64,000 bases of DNA from the human T2T-CHM13v2.0 reference genome, Homo sapiens. Shown here piece after piece: positions 1 to 16,366 of the stretch; position 1 is the stretch's first letter, and the number at the start of each line of letters is the position of its first letter. Below the pieces are notes generated by a model, which ran no database searches, was not told the origin of the DNA, and was given only the letters and a program-made list of their open reading frames with translations. Position numbers and translations under genes: made by a program. The stretch lies in the NCBI RefSeq assembly GCF_009914755.1, contig NC_060926.1; one strand, given 5' to 3'.

Positions 1-266
1 GCTGGAGTGCAGTGGTGCCATCTTGGCTAACTGCAACCTCACTGCAACCTCCAGCTTCCTGGGTTCAAGCAATTCTTGTGCCTCAGTCTCCTGAGTAGCT
101 GGGACTACAGGCATGTACCACCATGCCTGGCTAATTTTTGTATTTTTAGTAGAGACAGGATTTCACCATGTTCGCCAGGCTGGTCCCGAACTCCTGACCT
201 CAAGTGATCTACTTGCCTCGGCCTCCAAAGTGCTGGGATTACAGGTGTGAGCCACCGTGCTCAGCC
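1..266 (-). mobile_element. Alu (AluS-like), cut by window edge
   Basis: Reverse-complement Alu motifs gctggagtgcagtgg...gtgagccaccgtgctcagcc; small internal duplication ctgcaacctca-ctgcaacctc at ~31-51. Confidence 0.95.
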
Positions 267-480
267 TCTCCTTGCTCTTTAAAAAGAGATGTTTGGAAAC
301 AAAGTTTCCTTTCTGCTATAGAATGTTATGTCTGCAAGCAGCATCTGATATAGCCTCTTTGCGACCAGGGGAGGAATTGGCCTGAGAACATGCTAAGGCA
401 GGAAGAGCAGAAAGAGGGGAGGAACCTGGATCTTGGTGACATTATTGAGCTGCAGATTGAGCCGACTTGAATTCTCCTTG

Positions 481-529
481 CTTCCTTCCTTCCTTCCTTC
501 CTTCCTTCCTTCCTCCCTTCCTTCCTTCC
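481..529. repeat. (TTCC)n microsatellite
   Basis: Direct reading of cttccttcctt... tract. Confidence 0.95.
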
Positions 530-921
530 AGTTCTTGTCATGTGAGACAGTAAATAACTTTATTGTTTAAGCCCTTTTGGGTTAGATTTTCTATTACATG
601 AAGTTTAAAGCATTCTGATAACTTCATGTTTATTGATGTGTATAAATACTAATATATTCTATTATTTGGGGGATACAAAGAATTTGACTCAATAGTATCT
701 TGTTCTATTGACATGTTCAATTATTAATCACTGATAACCCTGAATAACTAAATGTTATTACCACATTTAGGACAATATCCACGTCCACTGACATATGAAA
801 TTTGGGCAATTTGCTTCTTTGGGAAGCATTATAAATCACAGAACAGCAGAGGATACAAAGACCCCCACAAGAGATCATCAAGATTTTCTTCTTCCCTTCT
901 TTTTGTCATACACATTGCTGA

Positions 922-1260
<339 letters not shown>

Positions 1261-1468
1261 AGTATTTGTATTTTGAATTAAAGTATGTATGTGAAAAATG
1301 AGAACACTGGCTCACTTCCTGGTAATATAAAATACAACATATCAGTAAAATCTTCCATGATTCTCCTAGTTCAGTGATCTCTTTCTACCCCTGTGTTACC
1401 TAATGCTGGCCTAAACTCCAGCGGCCTGTAGAGGAGATTGGTTTTTGTAGTTGTAAAATAATATTTTA

Positions 1469-1777
<309 letters not shown>

Positions 1778-2639
1778 TTATATTTAAAATTTTCTAATAA
1801 TGAAATGTTATCATAAGACCAAAGTAGATGTACTGGGCCTGGATCTTCATCCTTTCAGTCTGTCTTTGATTCTGACAGTGGCACCTCCAGCAACATTGAT
1901 CTTCTCTGGGGGCCCTGGGATAACACATTAGCTTCTAGAATGGCTTGGGGATTTCCTGCTTGTGTCCTATGAAAAGGACACAAACTGGCCACACATGTGT
2001 TCAGTCTAGTGATGGGGACTGAGAAGGACAGAAAGAGATTTGACAGAGTTTTGACCTTAGCAATTTACTACTTGGTTGGGGAAATAACTCGTCATAAAGG
2101 TAGTATATACTAAGCTCTAATTAAATGATATACAATTCAAGTTCAGAGGTGAAAGACTATTGTGGACTGGAATTCCAATCTGGCCCTGAAAAGCAATACA
2201 CAGCTTTTCAAACTTGTGGGAAATAGAATAGCTTTGAGAAGGAGTACTTGCATTTTTAATTTTTAGAAATATTGCCAATTTGCTTTGCACAGAGGTTATA
2301 TTGATATACAGTCCCATCAGTCACGTATGAGAGAGCCTTTTACCCTATTTATTCTCATTAGCACAGTGTTAACATGTTTGATCTTTGCCAGTTTGATAGT
2401 TTGAAATGATATTTTATCATTGAGTTGATTTGTGTTTCATTTTTATGAATCAGATTCATCATCTTTTCATTTCTCATAAGAGTCTTTTTTTTTTTCTGTG
2501 AACTGTCTACTCATATCCTCTGCCCATTTTTTTTTCAGTTGTATTGTCAGCTTTTTAATGTAGAATCACTTCAAAGAAACTATTCCTTTGCTTGTAACTC
2601 CTTCATTTTAGAGATGAATAGATGTAAGAGGTAAGCTTA

Positions 2640-4440
<1,801 letters not shown>

Positions 4441-4988
4441 CTGGGGCCTGGGAGGGAAACAGATGGGCAGGCAAAGCTTCTTTATACCTAGATCTGCCAG
4501 GTGCAGAAGAGTTAAAGAAGCCATGTGCAGAGGACATTTTGAAGTGGAAGTCATGGTCAGGACCAGCCATAATCTTTGTGGAGCTTAGGATAAAGTCCAA
4601 TCAACGGAGACCCACTAAATATCTAGACATCATCAATCAAGAGAGCTAAGTGATATTACATATGTTCTATCCCCCTCTCTTGACAAATATATCTTTATGA
4701 TGACAAATAGAAAAATACACGTAAAGTAAAACTGAAAGTTGGCAAAATATCAATGACAACCAAATTTAGTTATTATCGCACACGTCCGGGTCTTCTGTTA
4801 TGGGTTGAGATGATTGTATGAGCAATAAAATTAAGACAGATACAATATTCAGTTTCTTGAACTGGGTGCTAATTACTATTCACTCTGCAAATTTTCTGAG
4901 CTATATATGTATGACTTGTGTACTTTTCTGTATTTACTATTCCATAGCAGAAAATTTAAAGGATTTATCAAATACTTACGTCATAACA

Positions 4989-5312
4989 TTATTTATTTAT
5001 TTATTTATTTATTTAATTAATTTATTTTTTTTGAGACAGAGTCTCGCTCTGTTGCCCAGACTGGAGTGCAGTGGCACAATCCCAGCTCATGCAAGCTCTG
5101 CCTCCCAGGTTCACGCCATTCTCCTACCTCAGCCTCCCGAGTAGCTGGGACTACAGGCGCACGCCACCGCACCCAGCTAATTTTTTGTATTTTTAGTAGA
5201 GACGGGTTTTCACCATATTAGCCAGGATGATCTCGATCTCCTGACCTCGTGATCTGCCCACTTCGGCCTCCCAAAGTGCTGGGATTACAGGCATGAGCCA
5301 CCACGCCTGGCC
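4989..5312 (-). mobile_element. Alu (AluY-like) with (TTTA)n tail
   Basis: gcaagctc...gttcacgccattctcc, an AluY-type right arm. Confidence 0.93.
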
Positions 5313-5571
5313 TATTTTTCAGTTTTTTTGAGACAGAGTTTCATTCTTGTTGACCAGGCTGGAGTGCAGTGGCATGATCTCGGGTCACTGCAACCTCTGC
5401 CTCTCAGGTTCTAGCAATTATCCTGCCTCAGCCTCCCAAGTAGCTAGGATTATAGGCACCTGCCACCATGCCCGTCTAGTTTTGTACTTTTTAGTAAAGA
5501 CAGGGTTTTGCTGTGTTGGCCAAGATGGTCTTGAACTCCTGACCTCAGGGGATCCACTCGCCCACCTCGCC
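5313..5571 (-). mobile_element. Alu, 5'-truncated, directly adjacent to the preceding Alu
   Basis: Second Alu body ending at cccacctcgcc without the Alu 5' end. Confidence 0.9.
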
Positions 5572-5921
5572 TTAGTCAGTTTGGACTGCCATAACAAATT
5601 ACCATATGCTAGTTGCTTAAACAACAGAGATTTATTTCTCATAGTTCTGGAGGCTGGGAAGTCCAAGATCCAGTGTCTGGTGAAGGCCTGTTTCCTGTTT
5701 TGCAGATGGTCATCTTCTTGTGGTACCTTTATAGGGTATGAAATAGAGAGAGGAAGCAAGCTCTTTTGAGTCTCTTCTTAGAAGAGCACTAATTGCATCA
5801 TGAGAGCCTCACCCAAATGACCTACCGACTTCCTAAAGTCCTCACCTCCTAATAGCACTCCACTGGGGGTTAAGGTTTCAACATATGAATTCTGTGGGAC
5901 ACAAACATGTGGTCTGTAACA
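5572..5921 (-). mobile_element. MaLR LTR (MLT1A/B-like)
   Basis: ttagtc...ctgccataacaaa...aaacaacaga...ttatttctcatagttctggaggctgggaagtccaagatc...tttcaacatatgaattc. Confidence 0.85.
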
Positions 5922-6095
5922 GTCATGTTTTCAAAAGCAGTTGTAAGGACAAATTTGATGTGTTTCATCAAGATTTCTATCTGTTGGCAGATTCATAAAA
6001 TATTGTGTGTAATCTTTGAATTTTTCTAAAGAACATTGTCATTATCAGCACATTTGAAGTCATGTCTCCTAGTGCCAAATATAAATGATGAGTCA

Positions 6096-6503
<408 letters not shown>

Positions 6504-6905
6504 TCAAATGCCAATGGGGAGGACTCTTTTATGGAAGAAGGGGAGAAGCGTACAGACATGATTTCTGGAAAAATAACTGTCTGCTGAGCTGCTGCCCCAT
6601 TTTTGTCTAAGATAGGTCTAAGACAGGTGTAGTTCTTCATAAGAAAATAAGAAAATGGAGGTTTTGGAGTGTCATACTGTTTCATTCACTGGCAAGGTTT
6701 CATGAATCCGGCTCCATGTTTTTTTCCTTATGGGTATATTCTGGGCTTGTTCCTATTATATATCTGAATCACCACTAAATTCAATTGGTCATAACCTTTT
6801 GATGGAACATGGACCCTTTTGGGAATATTTTAAAAGTTATGGAACTTCTTCCAGGGAAAAAAGCATATAAACATAATTTTTTTCTATTGTTTCATGGTAT
6901 TTATT

Positions 6906-7239
<334 letters not shown>

Positions 7240-7275
7240 TGAAGTATTCCTGAACAAGCTCATGCAAAGGTCACA

Positions 7276-7440
7276 TTTTTTTTTTTTTTTGAGATGGAAT
7301 TTCACTCACTCTGTCACCCAGGCTGGAGTGCAGTGGTGCGATCTCAGCTCACTGCAACCTCCAACTGTGGGTTCAAGCTATTCTCCTGCCTCAGCCTCCT
7401 GAGTGGCTGGGATTACAGGCGTGAGCCACCATACCCAGGG
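7276..7440 (-). mobile_element. Monomeric Alu (left-arm 5' end fused to right arm) with TSD
   Basis: ~165 bp; TSD aaggtca(c/t)atttt at ~7267 and 7441. Confidence 0.85.
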
Positions 7441-8486
7441 AAGGTCATATTTTAAGAAGGAAATTGTGTGTCATTATGATGTTGTGAATTTGGACATCTT
7501 AAAAGATATCAAGAGATCTACCTTTGGTTGCTCTAGGAATGTGTATTTTTAAAAATAATTTTATTTATTTATTTTTATGGGTACATAGGTGTATGCATTT
7601 ATGGAGTACATGAGATATTTTAATATAGGCATGCAATGTGTAATAATCACATCAGGGTAAATTGGGTATCTATCACCTTAAGCATTTATCCTTTCTCTGT
7701 GTTATAAACATTTCAATTATACTCTTTCAGTTACTATAAAATGTACAATAAGTTATTGTTGACTGTACTCATCTTGTGCTATTGAATACTTGATCTTATT
7801 CATTCTAACTATATTTTTATTTCCATCAACCATCTCCAATTCATCCCCCTACCCCATACCCTTCCCAGCATCATTCTATTCTCTACCTCCATGAGTTCAA
7901 CTGTTTTAATTTTTAGCTTCTACAAATCAGTGAAAAGGTGTGAAGTTTGTCTTTCTGTGCCTGGCTTATTTCACTTAACATGATGTCATCCCGTTCCATC
8001 CATGTTGTCGCAAATGACTGGATCTTATTCTTTTGTATGGTTGAATAGTACTCCACTGTGTATATGTATCACATTTTCTTTATGTATTCATCTGTTGATG
8101 GACACTTAGGTTGCTTCCAAATCTTGGCTATTGTGAACAGTGCTATAATAAACATGGGAGTGCAGAGATCTCTTTGATATATTGATTTCCTTTCTTTTAG
8201 GTATATAATTAACAGTGGGATTGCTGAATCATATGGTAATTCAATTTTTAGTTTTTTGAGGAACCTCCAAACTGTTCTACACAATGGTTGTACTAATTTA
8301 TATTCCCACCAACAGCATATGAGAGTTCCCTTTTCTCCATATTTTCACCAGCATTTGTTATTGCCTGTCTTTTGGATAAAAGCATTTTAACTAGGGTGAG
8401 ATGATATCTTACTGTATTTTGATTTGCTTTTCTCTGATGATAAGTTATGTTGACCACCCTTTCCTATACCTGTTTGCCATTTGTAG

Positions 8487-8762
<276 letters not shown>

Positions 8763-11064
8763 TGTAGGTCTTCTTTTGAGAAATGTCTATTCAGATCTTT
8801 GTCCATGTTTAAATTGGATTATTGTATTTTTTCCTATTGAGTTTTTTGAGCTCCTTATATAGTCTTGTTATTAATCTCTTGTCTGATGGATAGTATGCAC
8901 ATATTTTCTCCCATTCTGTGGGGTGTCGCTTTGCTTTGTTGATTGTTCTCTTTGCTGTGCAGAGCTTTTTATCTTGATGTGATCCCATTTGTTCATTTTT
9001 GCTTTGGTTGTCTGTACTTTTGGGGTGTCATTCAATAAATCTTTGCCCAGACCAACGTCCTGGAGATTTTCCCCAGTGTTTTCTTTTAGTAGTTTCATAG
9101 TTTGAGTCTTAGATTTAAGTCTTTAATCCATTTTGATGTGATTTTTGTATATGGTGAGAGACAGGAGTCTAGTTACGTTCTTCTGTATATGGTATCCTGT
9201 TTTCCCAGCACCATTTATTGAAAAGACTGTCTTTTCCCCCATGTATATTCTTGGCATCTTTGTTGAAAATGAGTTCACTGTAGATATATGGATCTATTTC
9301 TGGGTTCCCTATTCTGTTCCATTGGTCTATGTGTCTGTTTTTATGCTAGTACCATGCTATTTGGATACTATGACTCTGTAGTATAATTTGAAGTCAAGTA
9401 ATGTGATTCCTCCAGGTTTGTTCTTTTTGCTCAGGATGGCTTTGGCTATTCTGGGTCTTCTGTGGTCCCAAATAGATTTTAGAATTTTTTTTCTATTTCT
9501 GTGAAGAACGCAATTGGTATTTCAATAGGGTTTGCATTTAGTCTGTAGATTGCTTGGGTAGTATGGACATTTTAACAAGATTGGTTCTTCCAATTCATCA
9601 ACATGGAATATCTGTTCATTTTTTCCTGTCCTCTTCAATTTCTTGCATCAATGTTTTATAGTTTTAATTGTAGAGATTTTTCACTGTAAGTTAAGTTTAT
9701 TCCTAGGTATCTTATTTTATGAATATTTGTAGCTATTATAAATGGATTTTTAAAAAATGTCTTTTACAGATTGCTTGCTCTTGGTATATAGAAATGCTGA
9801 GTTTTGTATGTTGATTTTGTATCCTGCAACTTTACTGAATTTTGTTTATTAATTCAAATAGTTTTTTTGGTAGAGTCTTTAGGTTTTTCTAAATATAAAA
9901 TCATATCATCTGCAAACAAGAATAACTGGACTTTTTCCCTCTTTAATTTGGATCCCCTTTCTTTCTTTTTTTTTTTGTCTGTTTGCTCTAGCTAGAAGTT
10001 CCAGTATTGCGCTGAATAACAGTGGTGAAAGTGGGCATCCTTGTCGTGTTCCAGGTCTTAGAGGAAAAGCTTTCAGTTTTTCCCCATTCAGTATGCTAGT
10101 TGTATGCCATGTATGGCTTTTATTGTGTTGAGATACATTCCTACTATCCTTAGTTTTTTATTTAAAGGGATGTTGAATTTTATCAAATGCTTTTTTCAGC
10201 ATCAAGTGAAATTATCTGGTTTTTGTTCTTCATTCTGTTGATACAATGTATCACATTGATTGATTTGCATATGCTGAACCATCCTTGCATTCCTGGGAGA
10301 AATCACACTTGGTCGTGATGAATGATTTCTTTAATGTGTTGTTGAATTTGGTTTGCTAGTATTTTGTTGAGGATTTTTACATTAAGGTTTATCAGGGATA
10401 TTGGCCTGTAGTTTTCTTTTCTTGATGTATCTTTGTCTGGTTTTGGTATCATGGTAATACTGGCCTCATAGAATGGGTATGGAAGTGTTTCCTCTTCTTC
10501 TATTTTTTGGAATAGTTTAAGTAGGATTCGTATTAGTTCTTGTTTAAATGTTTGATAAAATTCAGCAATGAAGCCATTCGGTCCTGGGCTTTTCTTTGCT
10601 GGGAGATTTTTTATTATGACTTCAATCTCATTACTTCTTATTGGTCTATTCAGGTTCCGGATTTCTTCATGGTTCAATCTTGGTAGGTTGTGTGTATCTA
10701 GGAATTTATTCATTTATTCTAGTTTTCCCAATTTATTGGCCTATAGTTGCTCATAGTAGTCTCTAATGATCCTTTGAATTTCTGCAGTATCAGTTGTAAT
10801 GTCTCCTTTTTCATCTCTGATTATATTTATTTGGATCTTCTCTCTTTTCTTCTTAGTATCACTAAAGATTTGTCAATTTTGTTTATCTTTTCAAAAAACC
10901 AACTATTCATTTCAGTTATCTTTTGTATTTTATTTTTGTTTTAATTACATTTGTGTCTGCTCTGATCTTTATTATTTCTTTTTTTCAGCTAATTTTGGGT
11001 TTGGTGTGCTCTTACTTTTCTAGTTCTTTAACATGTATTATTAGGTTGTTTATTTGAAGTGTTT

Positions 11065-11371
11065 CCTTTTCTTTTCTTTTCTTTTTTTTTAGACAGAGTC
11101 TTGCTCTGTCGCCCAGGCTGGAGTGCAGTGGCTGATCTCGGCTCACTGCAAGCTCTGCCTCCTGGGTTCATGCCATTCTCCTGCCTCAGCCTCTCGAGTA
11201 GCTAGGACTACAGCCACCACGCCCAGCTAATTTTTTTTGTTTTTTGTATTTTTAGTAGAGACAGGGTTTCACTGTGTTAGCCAGGATGGTCTCGATCTCC
11301 TGACCTTGTGATCTGCCCGCCTTGGCCTCCCAAAGTGCCAGGATTACAGGCATGAGCCACCGTGCATGGCC
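11065..11371 (-). mobile_element. Alu (AluY-like) inside L1, no TSD
   Basis: Full Alu reverse complement; the flanks do not match each other. Confidence 0.93.
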
Positions 11372-12150
11372 ACAATGTTGTAATATTCTGTGTACTTACT
11401 ATTACCAGTGAGTTTTGTACCTTCAGATGATTTTTTATTGCACATTAATGTTCTTTTCTTTCAGATTAAAAACTCCCTTTAGCATTTCTTATAGGACAGT
11501 TCTGATGTTGATGAAGTCCCTCAGCTTTTGTTTGTCTGGAAAAGTCTTTATTTCTCCACCATGTTTGAAGGATATTTCCACCAGATATACTATTCTAGGA
11601 TAAAAGTTTTTTTCTTTCAGCATTTTAAATATGTCATGCCACTCTATCCTGGCCTGTATGTTTTACACTGAAGAGTCTGCTGCCAGACATATTGAAGCTC
11701 CATTATATGCAATTTATTTCTTGCTGCTTTTGGGATACTTTCTTTATCCTTGACCTTTGGGAGTTTGATTATTAAATGTCTTGAAATAGTCTCATTTGGG
11801 TTAAATCTGCTTGGTGTTCTATAATCCTCTTGTACTTGAATATTGATATATTTCTCTAGGTTTGGAAAGTTCTCTTTTTTTTTTATCCCTTTGAATAAAT
11901 TTTCTACTCCAATCTCTATCTCTATCTCTTCTTTAAGGCCAATAACTCTTAGATTTGCCCTTCCAAAGCTGTTTTCTAGATCTTGTAGGTGTGCTTCATT
12001 CTGTTTTCTCCTCTCACTGTGTATTTTCAAGTAGCCTATCTTCAAGCTCATGAATTCTTTCTTCTGCTTGATCAATTCTGCTGTTGAAAGACTGATGCAT
12101 TCCTTAATATGTCAACTGTATTTTTCAGCTCCAGAATTTCTACTGGATTT

Positions 12151-12445
<295 letters not shown>

Positions 12446-13039
12446 ATGGATTTTTAAAAATTATTTCAATCTCCTTGTTAAATTTATCTGATAGGATTTT
12501 GAATTCCTTCTTTATGTTTTCATGAATTTCACTGAGCTTCCCCAAAACACATATTTTGAATTATCTATCTGAAAGGTCACATATTTCTGTCACTCCGGGA
12601 TTGGTCCACTGGTGCCTGATTTAGTTGATTTGGAGTGGTCATGTTTTCTTGGATGGTCTTGATGCTTGTGGAAATTTATCATTGTTTGGGCATTGAGGAG
12701 TTCGGTATTTATTGTAGTTTTCACAGTCTGGGCTTGTTTGTACCTGTCCTTTTTGGGAAGGCTTTCCAAGTATTCAAAGAAAATTGAGTGTTGTGATTTA
12801 AATCTTTGATCACTATAACCATACCTGCATTAGCAGGCACCATAAGCCCAGTAATGCCGTGACTCTTGCAGATTCATACAGGTACCATCTTGGTGGCCTT
12901 AGATAAGATCCAGGAGAATCCCTAGATTACCAGGCAGAGATTCTTGTTCTCTTCCCTTACTTTCCCCTAAACAAATGAAGTCCCATTGTCCATGCTGAGC
13001 TTCCTGGAATTGGGGGAGGGGTGGCACAAGCACCGTTGT

Positions 13040-14130
13040 GGCCATCAGCACTGGGCTACACTGAGTCAGACTCAAAGTGTAGCACAGCACACTGAGTCTT
13101 ACGCAAGGCCTGCAGTGACTACTGCCTGGCTACTGCAAATGTTCACTCAAGGCCAAGGGCTCTTCAGTCAGCAGGTGGTGAATCCATCCAGGCTTGTGTC
13201 TTTTTCTTCAGGGAGGTGAGCTTCCCCTGGCCCAGGGCAGGTCCAGAAATGCCATCAGGCAGCCAGGGCCTGGAGTCAGGAACCTGAGGAATGTACTTGG
13301 TGCTCTATCCTCCTGCAGCTGAGCTGACACCCAAGCCACAAGATAAAGTCTTTCCCACTCTTCCTTTTCCTTTCCTTATGCAGAAGGAGTTTCTCTCCCT
13401 GTCCACCACTGCCCTAGGCCCATGACAAATACTGTCAGGCTATGGCTGAAGTTCACACAAAGCCCAAGGGCTTTTCAGTCAGCTTGTGGTGAGTGCTGCC
13501 ATGCTTGGGTCTCTCCTTTCAGGGCAGTGGGCTCCCCTCTAGCCTGGGGCAGGTCTAGAAATGCCTTCCAGGAACCAAGGCCTGGAATCTGGGACCCCAA
13601 GAGCCTGCTCAGTGCTCTACCCTACTGTAGCTGAGCTGGTCCCCAAGCTGCAAAACAAAGTCCCCTTTAATTTTCCCTCTCCTTTCCTCGAGCAGAAGGA
13701 GTCTCTCCCTGAGGCCACCACAGCTTGGAATGCACTGAGTCACAGCAGAAGCCAGCATGGCTCTGAGTCTCACCCAAGGCCTGTGGCAAGTACTGCCTGG
13801 CTACCACTGATATTTATTCAAGGCCAAAGGGCTCTTTAGTCAGCAGGTGATTAATCCTGCCAGGACTGGGTCCTTTCCTTCAAGGCAGCAGGTTCCCTTC
13901 TGGACCTAAATGTGTCTAGAAATGTTTTTCAGGAGCTAGTGCCTGGAATGGGGGCCTCAGGACTCTGCCTGGTGCCCTAACCTACTGTGGGTGAGTTGGT
14001 ATCCAAGTTGCAAGAAAAGGTCCTCTTCACGCTCCCCACTCCTCTCCTCAAACAGAAGGAAGGAGCCTCTCCTGGAGCTGCGAGCTGTGCTGCCTTGGGC
14101 TGGGGAGGGGTGATGCAAACACTCTCTTGG
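13040..14130 (-). repeat. About three diverged ~310-360 bp tandem units in the L1 5' UTR
   Basis: Motif gcctgga...gtgct/ccta...ctactg...tgagctg...cccaag...caa...aaag.tc...cagaagga recurs at ~13268, ~13580 and ~13941. Confidence 0.75.
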
Positions 14131-15586
14131 CTGCTCTGGCTGGTGTCTCACTATGTCGCATGCCCCCCAAGTCCACTGGTTTCAAGCCACATGGCATCAG
14201 TAGTTGCTTAGGAATTACAGTCCTTGTGGCCTAGACTACCTTTCAAGTTTATTTAGGACCCCAGAGTACTTTAGCCTGAAGTGGTGGGGCTTGCTGGAAC
14301 TCAGGTTCTGACCACTGGGATGGGCAATTCTCCTCTGGCTAGGGTTGGTCTAGATGCTCCCTCTGTGGGTTCTGGCTGAATTCTGCCCTGTGTTGCTTTC
14401 TGCTGTGGCAGGACAGTACTGAGTTCCAACGTAAAGTCCTGCAATCACTGCACTCTTTCTCCTCCAAGCACACACATTTTCTCTCTGCTGCTGCCAGGCT
14501 ATGGGGGAGGGGTGATGTCAGTGATTCAAGACAGTCTTTATTACCTTCTTCAGTGTCCCTTTCCTTGATATGATGTTAAAACCATGCACTGTGAAGGAAT
14601 GTGTATTTTTGAATCCATTCTCATGTTGAATCAATCCACAGAAAGATACACAAATCTAACGTCATTTCTGTTCAAACAAACAAAAAAATTCAGTTAGTTG
14701 TTGTGCATCTGTGATGTCAAACATCAACGAGACACTTGGATATAATGTTTGTGAATTTGTTTTCACTCTTGAAAGCCTTCTGTGTAGAAGAGAGATAAGT
14801 GAGTTTCATTTTATGAGGCCCAGAGGTATAGAATAAAGACCAATGACTTGATTTCTCAGGAGAACCAAATTAAAACAGTTGAAGCTCCTCTCTGTTTCAT
14901 TCCAAAATGGCAAGAGATGTATGTTGAAAGCAAGAATAAAGGGCTTTGGTTGGGCTCAAGAGGCGTCATCTGTTTAAAATATGGCAATAGTGCGTATTGT
15001 CCTCAAATTCCTTACCCCAGGTCAAAGTGTTAGGGAAAGAGGCCTGGTCTACTAATGGGTACATGGTTCCCAAAGGTATTCCCCTATCTAACATCAGGGC
15101 CTTGGTTAACAACACATTTCTTCTAAAAGGGACAGAAACAACTTCTTAACTCCACTTCCAAACTTCCTAAGAGAGCAGTGTGGGGAAATGATGATTCCTT
15201 GCTTTAATTTATACTGCCTATTTCCCTTCCACCTACACAGGAAAGGCAGGAGAGTGCAGTAGAACTGGCACTTCCTTCTTACATAGTAGGATGAAGTAAT
15301 TGAAGTAAGATGAAGTAGGATGAAGAGTTGACTATATGCCTTGGACATCTCTTACGTATCACTGCAAATCTCAACCTTGCCTGTCTCTTTTTGCTCCTTC
15401 TATTGAGGCAAGCAGCTTCATGCAGTTTCAACCTGACAGTACCTCATCTCAGACGCCCTCTGAATGCTGCTCACCTGCTCTGGAGCTTCTGAGCTGATAC
15501 CTTTGTGTAGATTCCTTAGAAACACAGTTGGTGCCCACATATGCTTGGCAGATTAGATTATGACTTTCAATCTTCATTCCCTCCCT

Positions 15587-15987
15587 GTAATAGAATTATA
15601 CATTGAAACTCATTGTCAAGTGTTTTTATTTTTAGTACCTCCCAGTGGAAGAGATGGAGATTTTATCTCTGCCTCCTTGACTTTGGGTTTGGCTATATGA
15701 CTTTGGCCAATGGAATATGGAGTGCATGGGATGCAGGCAGAAGCTGTAAATGTCTGTGTTGTTTGACTTGGTCTCATGTTTCTGCCATTCACCATGAGAA
15801 AGCATGGACCAGGAAGTTTCTGGTCCAAAGAGAAGATACATATGGAGTAGAATTGAACCCAACCCACTCACAGACTGGAATGGAGCATGGCCAGCTGACC
15901 TACAGACCCAGGAGTGAAAAATTGACATTTGTTTTGTAAGCTTATAAAATTTGGGGTTATTTGTTATGTAGTATTGTTGCATTAATA
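15587..15987 (+). mobile_element. Old MaLR LTR (MLT1H/I/J-like)
   Basis: cctccttgactttggg...tgactttggccaatggaat...ttgttttgtaagc...ttttggggttatttgttatgtag. Confidence 0.7.
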
Positions 15988-15992
15988 GGTGG

Positions 15993-16366
15993 TGATACGG
16001 TTTGGATCTGTGTCCCTGCCCAAATCTCATGTCAAATTGTAATCCCCAGTGTTGGAGGAGAGGCTTTGTGGAAGGTGATTGGGTCACGGGGGCGGATTTC
16101 TCCCTTGCTGTTCTTGTGATAGTGAGTTTTCACAAGATCTGGCTGTGTAAAAGTGTGTAGCACCTCCCCCTTCATTCTTTTCCTTCTACTCTGGCCACCT
16201 AAGATGTGCCTGCTTCATCTTCACCTTTTGCCATTATTGAAAGTTTCCTGAGGCCTCCCCAGCCATGTTACCTGTATATCTTGCATGAGTCAATGAAACC
16301 TCTTTTCTTTATAAATTACCCAGTCTCAGGTATTTCTGTATAGCAGTGTGAGAATAGACTAATACA
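15993..16366 (+). mobile_element. MaLR solo LTR (MSTA-like)
   Basis: tgatacggtttggatctgtgtccc...ataaattacccagtctcaggtattt...gactaataca; 5-bp TSD ggtgg/gttgg. Confidence 0.9.

Noticed and set aside
10303-12075. L1 ORF1/ORF2 peptides as an active retroelement
   Set aside because: Fragmented by stops, frameshifts, Alu insertions and loss of the endonuclease region
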